Source: Planctomycetota bacterium (lineage in GTDB: Bacteria; Planctomycetota; GCA-002687715; DRQF01). From it: a stretch of DNA of 25,358 nt. The stretch lies in assembly GCA_036479435.1 (NCBI GenBank), contig JAZGFI010000201.1, positions 1 through 25,358 on the forward strand, written 5' to 3'. How positions within the stretch are numbered: the first letter of the stretch is position 1; every line of letters starts with the position of its first letter. The notes under the pieces were generated by a model, which ran no database searches, was not told the DNA's origin, and worked only from the letters and a program-made list of their open reading frames with translations. The translations under genes and the position numbers were made by a program. Positions 17,320 through 25,358 of the stretch are shown piece after piece.

Positions 17320-18533
17320 GTTACGTAACCCATCTTGAGGCCGCCATCGACGGCACAACATACCCCGCTCGCAGCGTTCAGACTCTCCACAAAGGTCGCC
17401 CGCTCTGGGTGCGCTACGACCTGGAGCAAGTGAAGGCGAACGTGGATCGCGACAAGCTCGTTACCCGAAAGAACGATCTGTGGCGGTATCGAGAGTTGTT
17501 GCCCTTGGAAGACGATGTCAACCGCGTCAGCCTCGGCGAAGGCATGACGGCTCTTCTAAACTGCCCCAAGCTGGCCGCCGAGTTCGGCATCGCCAAGCTG
17601 TGGGTGAAAGACGAATCGCAGCTTCCCACGGGCTCTTTTAAAGCCCGGGGCATGGCTTTAGCTGTGTCGATGGCAAAAGAATTGGGCCTTCGCAGACTCG
17701 CGGTTCCCACCGCCGGAAACGCCGGGGGAGCCATGGCCGCCTATGCCGCCCGAGGTGGGTTAGAAGCCTATGTCTTCATGCCCGCAGATACACCGGTCGT
17801 CAACCGCTATGAGGCGACCCTGTTCGGAGCGAAGGCCTTTGTCGCCAACGGCCTCATTCACGAATGCGCGGCCATCGTGGCTCAGGGAATGGAGCGCATG
17901 GAGTGGTTTGACTTCAGTACTTTGAAGGAGCCCTATCGAATTGAGGGCAAAAAAACGATGGGGCTGGAGTTGGCCGAGCAGATGAATTGGTCATTGCCCG
18001 ATCGAATTCTGTACCCCACCGGCGGCGGCACGGGCCTCATCGGAATGAGCAAGGCCTTTGCCGAGCTCGAAACTTTGGGCTGGCTCGAAGGCGACCGACG
18101 GCCGCGCCTAGTGAGTTGCCAATCATCATCCTGCTCGCCCATCGCCGCCGCCTTCGACGCGGGCGAGCGTTTTGCCGAAACACCTACAGATCCCCACACG
18201 GTCGCCTCGGGCATACGAGTTCCAAAGGCCGTCGGAGACTTCATGATCTTAGATGCCGTTCGCGCCAGCGGTGGCCGTGCGGCGCACGCTGACGAAAGCA
18301 AACTCTTGGATTGGATGCGAATCGCCTGCAAGCTGGAGGGAATCTCTCTTTGTCCCGAAGCCGCCATTTGCCTGGGCGTCTTGGAGCGAGGTCTACGTGA
18401 GGGTTGGATTGACGAGAACGAAGAAGTCGTGCTCTTCAATACCGGAGCCGTTCAAAAAAACCTCGAGTGCATCGAGATGGCACTTCCGGCCTTAGACCTA
18501 CAGAACATCGATTGGGATCTGATCTCGAACTAA
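17316..18533 (+). CDS. thrC: Threonine synthase (PLP fold type II), probable CTG start
   Basis: LWRYRELLP, SLGEGMT, KDESQLPTGSFKARG (PLP Lys), PTAGNAG, KEPYRIEGKKTMG and YPTGGGTG motifs. Frame is open back to CTG 17316, with a TAG at 17304. Confidence 0.88.
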   Translation: MSYVTHLEAAIDGTTYPARSVQTLHKGRPLWVRYDLEQVKANVDRDKLVTRKNDLWRYRELLPLEDDVNRVSLGEGMTALLNCPKLAAEFGIAKLWVKDESQLPTGSFKARGMALAVSMAKELGLRRLAVPTAGNAGGAMAAYAARGGLEAYVFMPADTPVVNRYEATLFGAKAFVANGLIHECAAIVAQGMERMEWFDFSTLKEPYRIEGKKTMGLELAEQMNWSLPDRILYPTGGGTGLIGMSKAFAELETLGWLEGDRRPRLVSCQSSSCSPIAAAFDAGERFAETPTDPHTVASGIRVPKAVGDFMILDAVRASGGRAAHADESKLLDWMRIACKLEGISLCPEAAICLGVLERGLREGWIDENEEVVLFNTGAVQKNLECIEMALPALDLQNIDWDLISN

Positions 18534-18554
18534 TTCTCTTCAAGGGAGCGACTC

Positions 18555-19181
18555 ATGCGCTTTTTCATTAGCTACCTCCTCATCGCCTGCATTTGCTTTT
18601 TCGGCTGCGGCCAAAAAGACCCAGTTTCTCCGTCAAAAAATGCGAGCCTAAGTTCCGTGCAAAATTCAGATGATCTCGATCTGGCGACTTTGGGAGCCGG
18701 CTGTTACTGGTGCATCGAGGCCGTGCTCTTGCAGATCGACGGTGTCGAATCTGTGGAGTCGGGATTCATGGGTGGACACGTCGTCAATCCCAGCTACGAA
18801 GATGTCTGCAGCAAAAAGTCCGGGCATATCGAAGTTGTACAGGTTCGTTTCGACGCATCAAAGATTCCCTACGAACACCTGCTGGCGTGGTTTTGGAAGT
18901 TGCACGACCCGACATCTTGGGACAAACAAGGTGGCGACAGTGGCCCCCAATATCGCTCCGCGATTTTCTACCACTCGGATGCGCAACGCGACACCGCACT
19001 GGCGTCGCTGAAAGCCGCCGAAAAGGAACTCGATGCAAAAGTCGTGACCGAAGTTCGCCAGCTCGCCGTCTTTTATCCCGCCGAATCCCAGCACCAAAAC
19101 TACTACGAGCGGAACAAAAGCCGGGGCTACTGCCGCTTCGTGATTGCGCCCAAGCTCGAGAAACTTGGGCTTAAGAAATAA
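18555..19181 (+). CDS. msrA: Peptide methionine sulfoxide reductase A with lipoprotein-like signal
   Basis: GAGCYWC, GHIEVVQV, HDPT, QGGDSGPQYRSAIF, FYPAExxHQNYY and GYC motifs. GGGAG RBS. Signal peptide ending FFGC. Confidence 0.93.
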   Translation: MRFFISYLLIACICFFGCGQKDPVSPSKNASLSSVQNSDDLDLATLGAGCYWCIEAVLLQIDGVESVESGFMGGHVVNPSYEDVCSKKSGHIEVVQVRFDASKIPYEHLLAWFWKLHDPTSWDKQGGDSGPQYRSAIFYHSDAQRDTALASLKAAEKELDAKVVTEVRQLAVFYPAESQHQNYYERNKSRGYCRFVIAPKLEKLGLKK

Positions 19182-19502
19182 AAAGAGAGTCGCGACTTAT
19201 TGTCGCGGGCTGCCACAACTCCAAGCCCGTGAATGCTCTTCAGAAAGGGGACAAAGTGTCCAATGTGAGCGCAACTCTCTGTCACTAAAGGAGCTTCGTA
19301 ACTCCTGAACTTTTGTCCCGTTAAGGTTGCGTGTAGACGCTCTCGGCCTTCGCAAATAATTCAGAACAACTCCTCAAGTTAGGCCGATCTCCGCTATAGA
19401 ATCATGGAGCCGTTCGAGGTGAAGATCCCGGCACGCGTTTGAACTCGCGGCTTGCTTCACCAACACCGAGTTTAGACACCATTTTTCGCCCCAGAGAACC
19501 CA

Positions 19503-20924
19503 ATGAATCCCAAAATGCGTAATGGCATCATTTGCCTCGCCCTTATCGCGAGCTTTACGTTACCGCTCATGGCCCAGGCCGGAGAAGAGCCCAACCTGGG
19601 CGCTACCCGCGTCACCCAAGCCGACATCACCGGTGGCGGCCTGTCGTTCATGGACATCCGCCTTGCGGGTCGCCGTATGTTTACGACGCCCTTCAACAAG
19701 CTCGATGGCTACGGCGTCGCCTACGACAAGAACGTCGCGGACCACACCAGCTTCTCCAACCGCCCGACTTTGCAGAACAACGGGACTTTTCTGCGCGTCA
19801 ACGGCTTGGACTCACAGTCCTGCAACGAATGTCATGGCATCGTCAGTCACGCCAGCATCCCCGCCGTTCTCGGCGTTGGTGGCGTCGGCGGCATCACCAG
19901 TAGTGCCATGTTCATGACTCGCGACATCGACGTCGACGACTCAGACCTGAACGGCTTTGCCTTTTTTGACGGTCGCCTCATCAACCCGCCCTTTATCTTC
20001 GGCGCGGGCGGAATCGAAGCCATCGGAAAAGAAATGACCACGGATCTGCAGGCCCTCAAGATGCAAGCCTTGCTCAACCCGAACACCATCGTCAACTTGG
20101 TCACCAAGGCCGTCAACTTCGGCACCATCAGCCACGACGGCAGCAACTTCGATTTAAGCAACATCCAAGGTATCGAAGAAGACCTCGTCGTCCGTCCTTT
20201 CGGACGCAAAGGCGAGAACTTCACGACGCGCGATTTTGACCGCGGTGCCATGCAGTTCCACTTCGGAATGGAGCCCGTAGAAGTCGTTGGCGCTGGCAAC
20301 GATGGCGACGGCGATGGCGTGACCGATGAAATCTTGATTGGCGAAATGAGTGCTCTGCATGTCTTCGCTAACACGCAAGTCAAACCGCGCATCGTGCCCC
20401 AAACCGGAGCCGGCTTTGGTTTTGCTCTGTTCTCATCGATCGGTTGCACCGAGTGCCACCGCCCGGTGATGACGACCCTCACCAACAACCACACCTTCTC
20501 GTTCCCGGACGTCGGCGATGATCCCTCGGCCAACATCTACGGCACGATCAGCCTCGCGTCCGCGCCGATGAGCTTCAACAACATCCCGGGTGGCGGCATC
20601 GCGGCATTCTGCTTTGCCGACCTCAAACGCCACGACATGGGCCCGGACCTCGCCGAGTCCTTTGGCGCCAGCATCGACAACGAGTTCACGACCGCGCGCC
20701 TTTGGGGAGTTGCGGACACCGCGCCCTACCTTCACGACGGACGTGCGCTGACCTTGACCGACGCCATCATGGCTCACGGTGGCGAAGCTGCGACGTCGAA
20801 GAACAACTTCGCTTCGATGCAGGACTTCGAAAAAGTCGCCATCCTCTCCATGCTGCGCTCGCTGCGCACACCGGAAAACCCGAACGCCGAACTCGGCGGA
20901 CCGGAAGAGGACATCAACAACTAA
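19503..20924 (+). CDS. Di-heme oxidoreductase (DHOR-like) family exported cytochrome c protein
   Basis: Signal peptide and two CxxCH motifs (CNECH, CTECH). RPFGRKG, DLKRHDMG and TARLWGVADTAPYLHDGRALTLTDAIMAHGGEA motifs. DGDGDG possible Ca-binding loop. Confidence 0.88.
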   Translation: MNPKMRNGIICLALIASFTLPLMAQAGEEPNLGATRVTQADITGGGLSFMDIRLAGRRMFTTPFNKLDGYGVAYDKNVADHTSFSNRPTLQNNGTFLRVNGLDSQSCNECHGIVSHASIPAVLGVGGVGGITSSAMFMTRDIDVDDSDLNGFAFFDGRLINPPFIFGAGGIEAIGKEMTTDLQALKMQALLNPNTIVNLVTKAVNFGTISHDGSNFDLSNIQGIEEDLVVRPFGRKGENFTTRDFDRGAMQFHFGMEPVEVVGAGNDGDGDGVTDEILIGEMSALHVFANTQVKPRIVPQTGAGFGFALFSSIGCTECHRPVMTTLTNNHTFSFPDVGDDPSANIYGTISLASAPMSFNNIPGGGIAAFCFADLKRHDMGPDLAESFGASIDNEFTTARLWGVADTAPYLHDGRALTLTDAIMAHGGEAATSKNNFASMQDFEKVAILSMLRSLRTPENPNAELGGPEEDINN

Positions 20925-20978
20925 AAACGGCGCGGCAAGTCAAAACCTAGACTTACCGCCCACCGTTCGACCCTGTTG

Positions 20979-21026
20979 AAAAAAATGAGGCCGGAGTCGC
21001 CATCGCGACTCCGGCCTCTTCTTTTC
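20979..21026. terminator. Bidirectional intrinsic terminator
   Basis: Perfect 14-bp stem GAGGCCGGAGTCGC (20987-21000) / GCGACTCCGGCCTC (21005-18), CATC loop, flanked by A and T tracts. Confidence 0.9.
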
Positions 21027-21048
21027 TCCACCCCGCCCCGCCCCCAGC

Positions 21049-21091
21049 GCAAACCCTCAACAGTCGCGCCAGACGTTTTCACTACCCTTTC
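21049..21091 (-). repeat. Degenerate ~44-bp intergenic repeat, copy B
   Basis: Minus strand reads GAAAGGGTAGTGA-n4-GTCTG-n12-AGGGTTTGC. Confidence 0.45.
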
Positions 21092-21160
21092 AAACCCAAG
21101 CTCAGCCCTTCACCCACTCAGGCGACCGGTCAGACTTCGTTCGACTCACCGGAATCTCTC

Positions 21161-22474
21161 TCACTTCACGAGGCTCGTAAGGCGTGCTTTCAGTTCCTTT
21201 ATTTGATCAACGTCGCCGGCGAGCTTGGCCAGCTTCAGCAAACCCTCGAGCGGTTTGCGCAAGATTCGATGCTTCGGGCCTGCTTGCTTTTCCCAAGCGC
21301 GGAGGACCTTGCGGAAGCTGGTGGCAGCGGCCTTGGTCTTGCCGAGAGCTAACTGGCAGTGACCACGCTCGATGATAGCATCCATCGTTTGCGGATCTTG
21401 GGCCCGAAGGCGTTTTTCGAAGACAGCTACTGCCTTGGTTGCGGCCTCGAACGCAGCCTCATTTTCGTTCTGAGCGCGCAGGGACTCCGACAGCTTGCGG
21501 TGAAACCGCCCTACCCTCACGTTGGTACTGCCGTAGAAGTCGGTGGAGTATTTGATTCCCTCGCGCAACTGCTCGGATTCTCTTTTGCGATCACCCTTGA
21601 AGCGAGCGATTTCAGCTTGCATCTCGTGGAGGCGCCACAGCTCGGGATGCTTATCCGTTACCGAATTCAAAATCTTGCGCCAACGGTCACAGGTTTTCTG
21701 TGCATCGTCGGGACGCGCGTCGGCGATCTCAAGTTCCGCGATTCTGGCCAAATCGCTCGCGATGCTCGGGTCGTTCCTACGTTTCCGAACGCTTTCGAAG
21801 ATCGCGATCCTTTTCGTGATCGCCGCAATCGCGGCTTTGTAGTTACCAAGGATACGGTACGAATCTGCGATGAGCGTCAATGGCTGGGTGAGATCGCTAT
21901 GGAGCTTGCCCTTCTCCTTCGAGATTTCGTCGATGTAGGTCTGAATCGACACCACCGCTTCGGCGTGTTCGCCCGCACTTCGCTGAAACTTGGCGAGGTC
22001 GTGAAGCAGTGAGAGTTTGGCCGCGCTGGAACCAGCGGGCACTTTGTCTTGCAGGATGATCGCTCGACGCTGATAGGCAATGGCCGCCTTCAGGTCTTGG
22101 GTACGCGCCGAAAGCCGCGCCAAGCGTTTCAAGGGGTCAATCAGGTTGAAGTGAGTCTTTCCGTGCAATTCCTCGCTAAGGCCGAGGCGCCGGCTTTGGT
22201 CGACAATCGCGCTTTTCTCGTCTTGCCGAAGCTCATGAGCCAAAGCGCGAATGCGGTGCATTTCAATGCGATTTGGCAGCGTCAGGGGTTCTTGCGGCAC
22301 GGCCTTCAAGGCAGCATCAAGGTGCTTGATGGCGTCGTCGGCTTTCAAGAGGCTGAAGGCCTCTTTGCCGCTCGCCATCAGCTCTTTCCAGCTGGGGACA
22401 CCAACTTGGGCCATACCGGTCGAAAGGAGTGAAAGGAGGATGGCAGCGGCCAGAACAAAGGTGGTGCGAGACAT
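21161..22474 (-). CDS. Secreted tetratricopeptide repeat protein (42-aa TPR_12-like repeats)
   Basis: Signal peptide. Repeated G-x2-H...L-x2-LA...G-x3-A...AI units. Confidence 0.85.
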   Translation of the reverse strand: MSRTTFVLAAAILLSLLSTGMAQVGVPSWKELMASGKEAFSLLKADDAIKHLDAALKAVPQEPLTLPNRIEMHRIRALAHELRQDEKSAIVDQSRRLGLSEELHGKTHFNLIDPLKRLARLSARTQDLKAAIAYQRRAIILQDKVPAGSSAAKLSLLHDLAKFQRSAGEHAEAVVSIQTYIDEISKEKGKLHSDLTQPLTLIADSYRILGNYKAAIAAITKRIAIFESVRKRRNDPSIASDLARIAELEIADARPDDAQKTCDRWRKILNSVTDKHPELWRLHEMQAEIARFKGDRKRESEQLREGIKYSTDFYGSTNVRVGRFHRKLSESLRAQNENEAAFEAATKAVAVFEKRLRAQDPQTMDAIIERGHCQLALGKTKAAATSFRKVLRAWEKQAGPKHRILRKPLEGLLKLAKLAGDVDQIKELKARLTSLVK

Positions 22475-22558
22475 GGGTGTTCACTTTCGGGAAACCGGAT
22501 TCAAACGGTAATATGATAGTAAGAGTTTCTGGATGAGGCCCAGGGTCGACCCGCAACC

Positions 22559-24583
22559 ATGAATAAGATCTCAGGTGACAAGATCGCGCTTTTGCTGCTG
22601 GCACTCCTGGTGTTGGGAGGCGGCACCTGGTTTGTCTTGTTTGATACGGAAGACGACTCTGACTTCGAGAGTTCTTCCAACCCGATCCACAACGATCTGG
22701 GGGCAAAAGCCAGCCGACGGCAAGAAAAGGACACTCCCCAGGTAACGAATGCGGTCTTGGGTCAGATCGTCGATAGCGAAAATCTGCCCCTGGCTGGCGT
22801 GGAAATCCGCTTGGGTTTCAGCCCTCCCCCCGGGGTTTCGCCCGATACGGATCTACCACCGGCGCTAACGACTTATTCGGGAGCAGACGGTCGGTTCAAA
22901 TTCGAGGCCCAAGGCTATTGGGTCTTGAAATTGACGGTGCAACCGCCGAGGCAGATGCCTCGCCAATTGAACGCGTTGTTGATGCCCAGCGAGCCAATGG
23001 ACTTTGGTCGCATCATTTTCAGTGAGGGGCTAGCTCTTTCCGGCCGCGTCGTCGACGACGAGACGGACGAGGCCATCGCTGGGGCTCAAGTGAGAATTGG
23101 ATCTCGCGGAGCCACTCAATCAAAACCCGGCCAACCCATTTTTCACGGCGGTATCGACGCCGAGCGTTCTCGCGAGATCACCAGCAATGCGCAAGGCCGA
23201 TTCAGTGCCAGCGGCCTCGACCGAGGACGGCTGAGCATGAGCGTCACCGCTTCAGGTTTCGCGGCGGCCGCGATCGACGACTTTGCCATCGACGAACTCG
23301 ATCTTGAGGACTTTGAGTTTCGCCTTCGAATCGCGCGACCTCTGCGGGTCGTCGTCAGGGGAAAAAACGGTGATCCTTTGGCCGGAGCTGTCGTGAGGAT
23401 CACGGGGGTCGGCTACCACGCCAGTGATAAGGCCCTGCAAGCGATCAACAACCAAACTCGCCGCACCAACTCGACCGGCGAAGCCAGCTTTGGAGGCCTT
23501 CGCCGTCGACGTTTGCGATTGCGAGTGCAAGCGGATGGGTACCGCGTTCCGAAAGATCGCATGATCAACGCGGACGAAGTCGAAGTTGATGTTCTTATGG
23601 AAGAAGGCGGCAGCGTTTTTGGCGTCGTCCGCGCCAAAGAGTCTGGAGCCGCCTTAGAGAAAGTCGAGATCCGCGCCAACTTGCAAAGCTTTAGGAATCG
23701 CAGGCGTCAGAATCTAAAAGTCCTCCGTGGATTGGAAGCCTCCGAGAGTTTCGATCTCTCGCCGACCCCCGGCTCATTTGGCATTGCCGGCGTCGAAAGT
23801 TCGCGGCTGCAACTGGAGTTTTCGGCGCCGGGGCGCGTGAGCGGCTTCATCAAGATTCAGGGTCTAAAAAGTGGAGAGCTCAGGCGGCTCAATGTTGACC
23901 TTAGCTTAGAAAGCCGCATGACGGGACGGGTCATGAGTCACGACTACAAAGTCCTCCCTGGAGCTAAGGTAACCGCCGAGCGCATCGGCTCGGACGACGG
24001 CAGTGAAGAAGCAGCCCTCGCCCTGCTTGGGGGTGGTCTCAATAGCGTAGACCCCGCGCTCGGTCACGCCAAATTGCGCCCGGCCCGCACGATCCGAGTC
24101 GAAACCGACGACGCGGGGAACTTCGAGCTCGCCGGCCTCAGCGGCGGTCGCTACCGCTTGTTCGCCACTCATCCAGAACAACTGAGCGCACCGCCTCAAG
24201 AATACACCGTCGAGATTGGCAAGCGTGTGGGAGACATCGAGCTCCAAACCCGACCGGCTGGCGGCGTCGAGGGCTTCGTTTATTCGCCACAGGGAAAGCC
24301 GCTGGCGGGCTGTGAAGTCTTGCTGAAAACAACACCGCCCAAAGACGCTGCCAGTGCCTTCGCGGCGGAACTACTCAGCCGTAATTTGCGCCGTACTTGG
24401 GCCGACGCAAAAGGCTATTTCAAGATGACGGGCATTGCGCCCGGCAACTACGGCCTCGTCGCCAACCCGCCCGAGTTCAGCTTTCGAGACAAAAAGGGTG
24501 CCAAGCTTTTCGAGCGGGCGTCAACCCGCCTCCGTATTCGTCCGGGTGCCCTCGTGTCAATTGAGCTTCGCCTCAAAAACTAG
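22559..24583 (+). CDS. Membrane-anchored carboxypeptidase regulatory-like domain repeat protein
   Basis: N-terminal TM helix. Repeated GxVxD...PxAGAxV...TDxxGxF...GLxxGxY modules. Confidence 0.85.
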   Translation: MNKISGDKIALLLLALLVLGGGTWFVLFDTEDDSDFESSSNPIHNDLGAKASRRQEKDTPQVTNAVLGQIVDSENLPLAGVEIRLGFSPPPGVSPDTDLPPALTTYSGADGRFKFEAQGYWVLKLTVQPPRQMPRQLNALLMPSEPMDFGRIIFSEGLALSGRVVDDETDEAIAGAQVRIGSRGATQSKPGQPIFHGGIDAERSREITSNAQGRFSASGLDRGRLSMSVTASGFAAAAIDDFAIDELDLEDFEFRLRIARPLRVVVRGKNGDPLAGAVVRITGVGYHASDKALQAINNQTRRTNSTGEASFGGLRRRRLRLRVQADGYRVPKDRMINADEVEVDVLMEEGGSVFGVVRAKESGAALEKVEIRANLQSFRNRRRQNLKVLRGLEASESFDLSPTPGSFGIAGVESSRLQLEFSAPGRVSGFIKIQGLKSGELRRLNVDLSLESRMTGRVMSHDYKVLPGAKVTAERIGSDDGSEEAALALLGGGLNSVDPALGHAKLRPARTIRVETDDAGNFELAGLSGGRYRLFATHPEQLSAPPQEYTVEIGKRVGDIELQTRPAGGVEGFVYSPQGKPLAGCEVLLKTTPPKDAASAFAAELLSRNLRRTWADAKGYFKMTGIAPGNYGLVANPPEFSFRDKKGAKLFERASTRLRIRPGALVSIELRLKN

Positions 24584-24598
24584 GACCCTGAGCTTTGA

Positions 24599-25276
24599 CT
24601 ACAGCATGCCAAGTCCGGCCAGAATACGGAGGACCCGACGCTGCATGCCCGGACTATGCCGAACGATCATGCGCCCGCGATGGATTTCGAGGCTAGCCCC
24701 CTCGATGTCCCAGTTGGCTTCGCCAGTGGCACCCTTGATGATCTCGATGATCTGCTCCGGATCGGAGGAGACCGATTCAATTTCCTCGCGTTCTTCCGGT
24801 TCGCTGCCGCTGATGTTCAGATCGAGACGCGGGCCAGGGAAGTCCGGCGGCACATAGAGCCCCGCGCGAATGTCGTAGATCCTCAAGCGAAAACTACGTC
24901 GCATCATTTCGCTGCGCGTCATCGCAACCAACATGCGCCCGCGTTGTAAAAATCCGATGCCGAATTCATCGGCTAGAACGCGCATGACGGTGTAGGCGGG
25001 GACGCCGATCAAAGTGAGATCAATCTCCTCGTCGGCCAAGTCCTTGATGCCGCGTCCGACGAACAAGTTGATACCGGTGACGGCCCTTACCTCGCCGAGC
25101 GCCTCGAGCAGAGTCCGCCCCTCCCATTTGACATTCATCGGAACTTGCAGCAGTTGGTTGTGGAGGTGCCGAAGATTCTTCGACTCACGAGATGACGAAC
25201 GTGCGGGTTCGATCAACTGTGCGAAAATTGGCGCCGCAAGGATGCACAACACCAAGCTCGTTCTCATCAAAGTCAT
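24599..25276 (-). CDS. Secreted protein with STN/secretin N-terminal-like domains only
   Basis: Signal peptide. VKWEGRTLLEAL...IDLTL...VMRVL (N0/STN-like), then LRIYDI...DFPGP...W...MIVRHS...V (N-domain-like). GGAG RBS. Confidence 0.7.
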   Translation of the reverse strand: MTLMRTSLVLCILAAPIFAQLIEPARSSSRESKNLRHLHNQLLQVPMNVKWEGRTLLEALGEVRAVTGINLFVGRGIKDLADEEIDLTLIGVPAYTVMRVLADEFGIGFLQRGRMLVAMTRSEMMRRSFRLRIYDIRAGLYVPPDFPGPRLDLNISGSEPEEREEIESVSSDPEQIIEIIKGATGEANWDIEGASLEIHRGRMIVRHSPGMQRRVLRILAGLGML

Positions 25277-25358
25277 GACCCGTGGTCTCCATTGTGTACT
25301 TGTCCCGCCAAATTGACGACGTCACTTAGGATTCAGAACAGCAATTATGGTCACTTTT

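Noticed and set aside
19429..19444. Sigma-54 promoter CGGCACGCGTTTGAA
   Set aside because: Spacing is one base short and the -12 GC is missing.
19847..22012. 229-aa minus-strand and 217-aa plus-strand ORFs
   Set aside because: Antisense to the DHOR and TPR genes, with no independent evidence.

Overview
GC-rich bacterial window, probably Planctomycetota (inferred from DUF1501/DUF1800, DHOR, STN-like and carboxypeptidase-regulatory-like genes). It opens with the 3' tip of an IS3-like element next to a probably 5'-truncated ORF. Then come a small lipoprotein, an OPT transporter, a three-gene DUF1800/DUF1501 operon, rpsU, a secreted 10-repeat beta-propeller-like protein, a methyltransferase/GT-C/thrC/msrA run, a di-heme oxidoreductase, a TPR protein and others. 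The main signal is two genes flanking rpsU that the ORF track splits at an in-frame TGA lying exactly at a redox cysteine position. One is an AhpD-like peroxidase (CHYU, 8648-9208). The other is a thioredoxin-fold lipoprotein (UMLC, 9804-10199). Each TGA is followed by a SECIS-like hairpin, so both are probably selenoproteins. Also seen: a likely CTG start for thrC, a 26-bp tandem repeat of a gene end, and a degenerate ~44-bp intergenic repeat present twice. All family calls come from motif recognition, not database searches.
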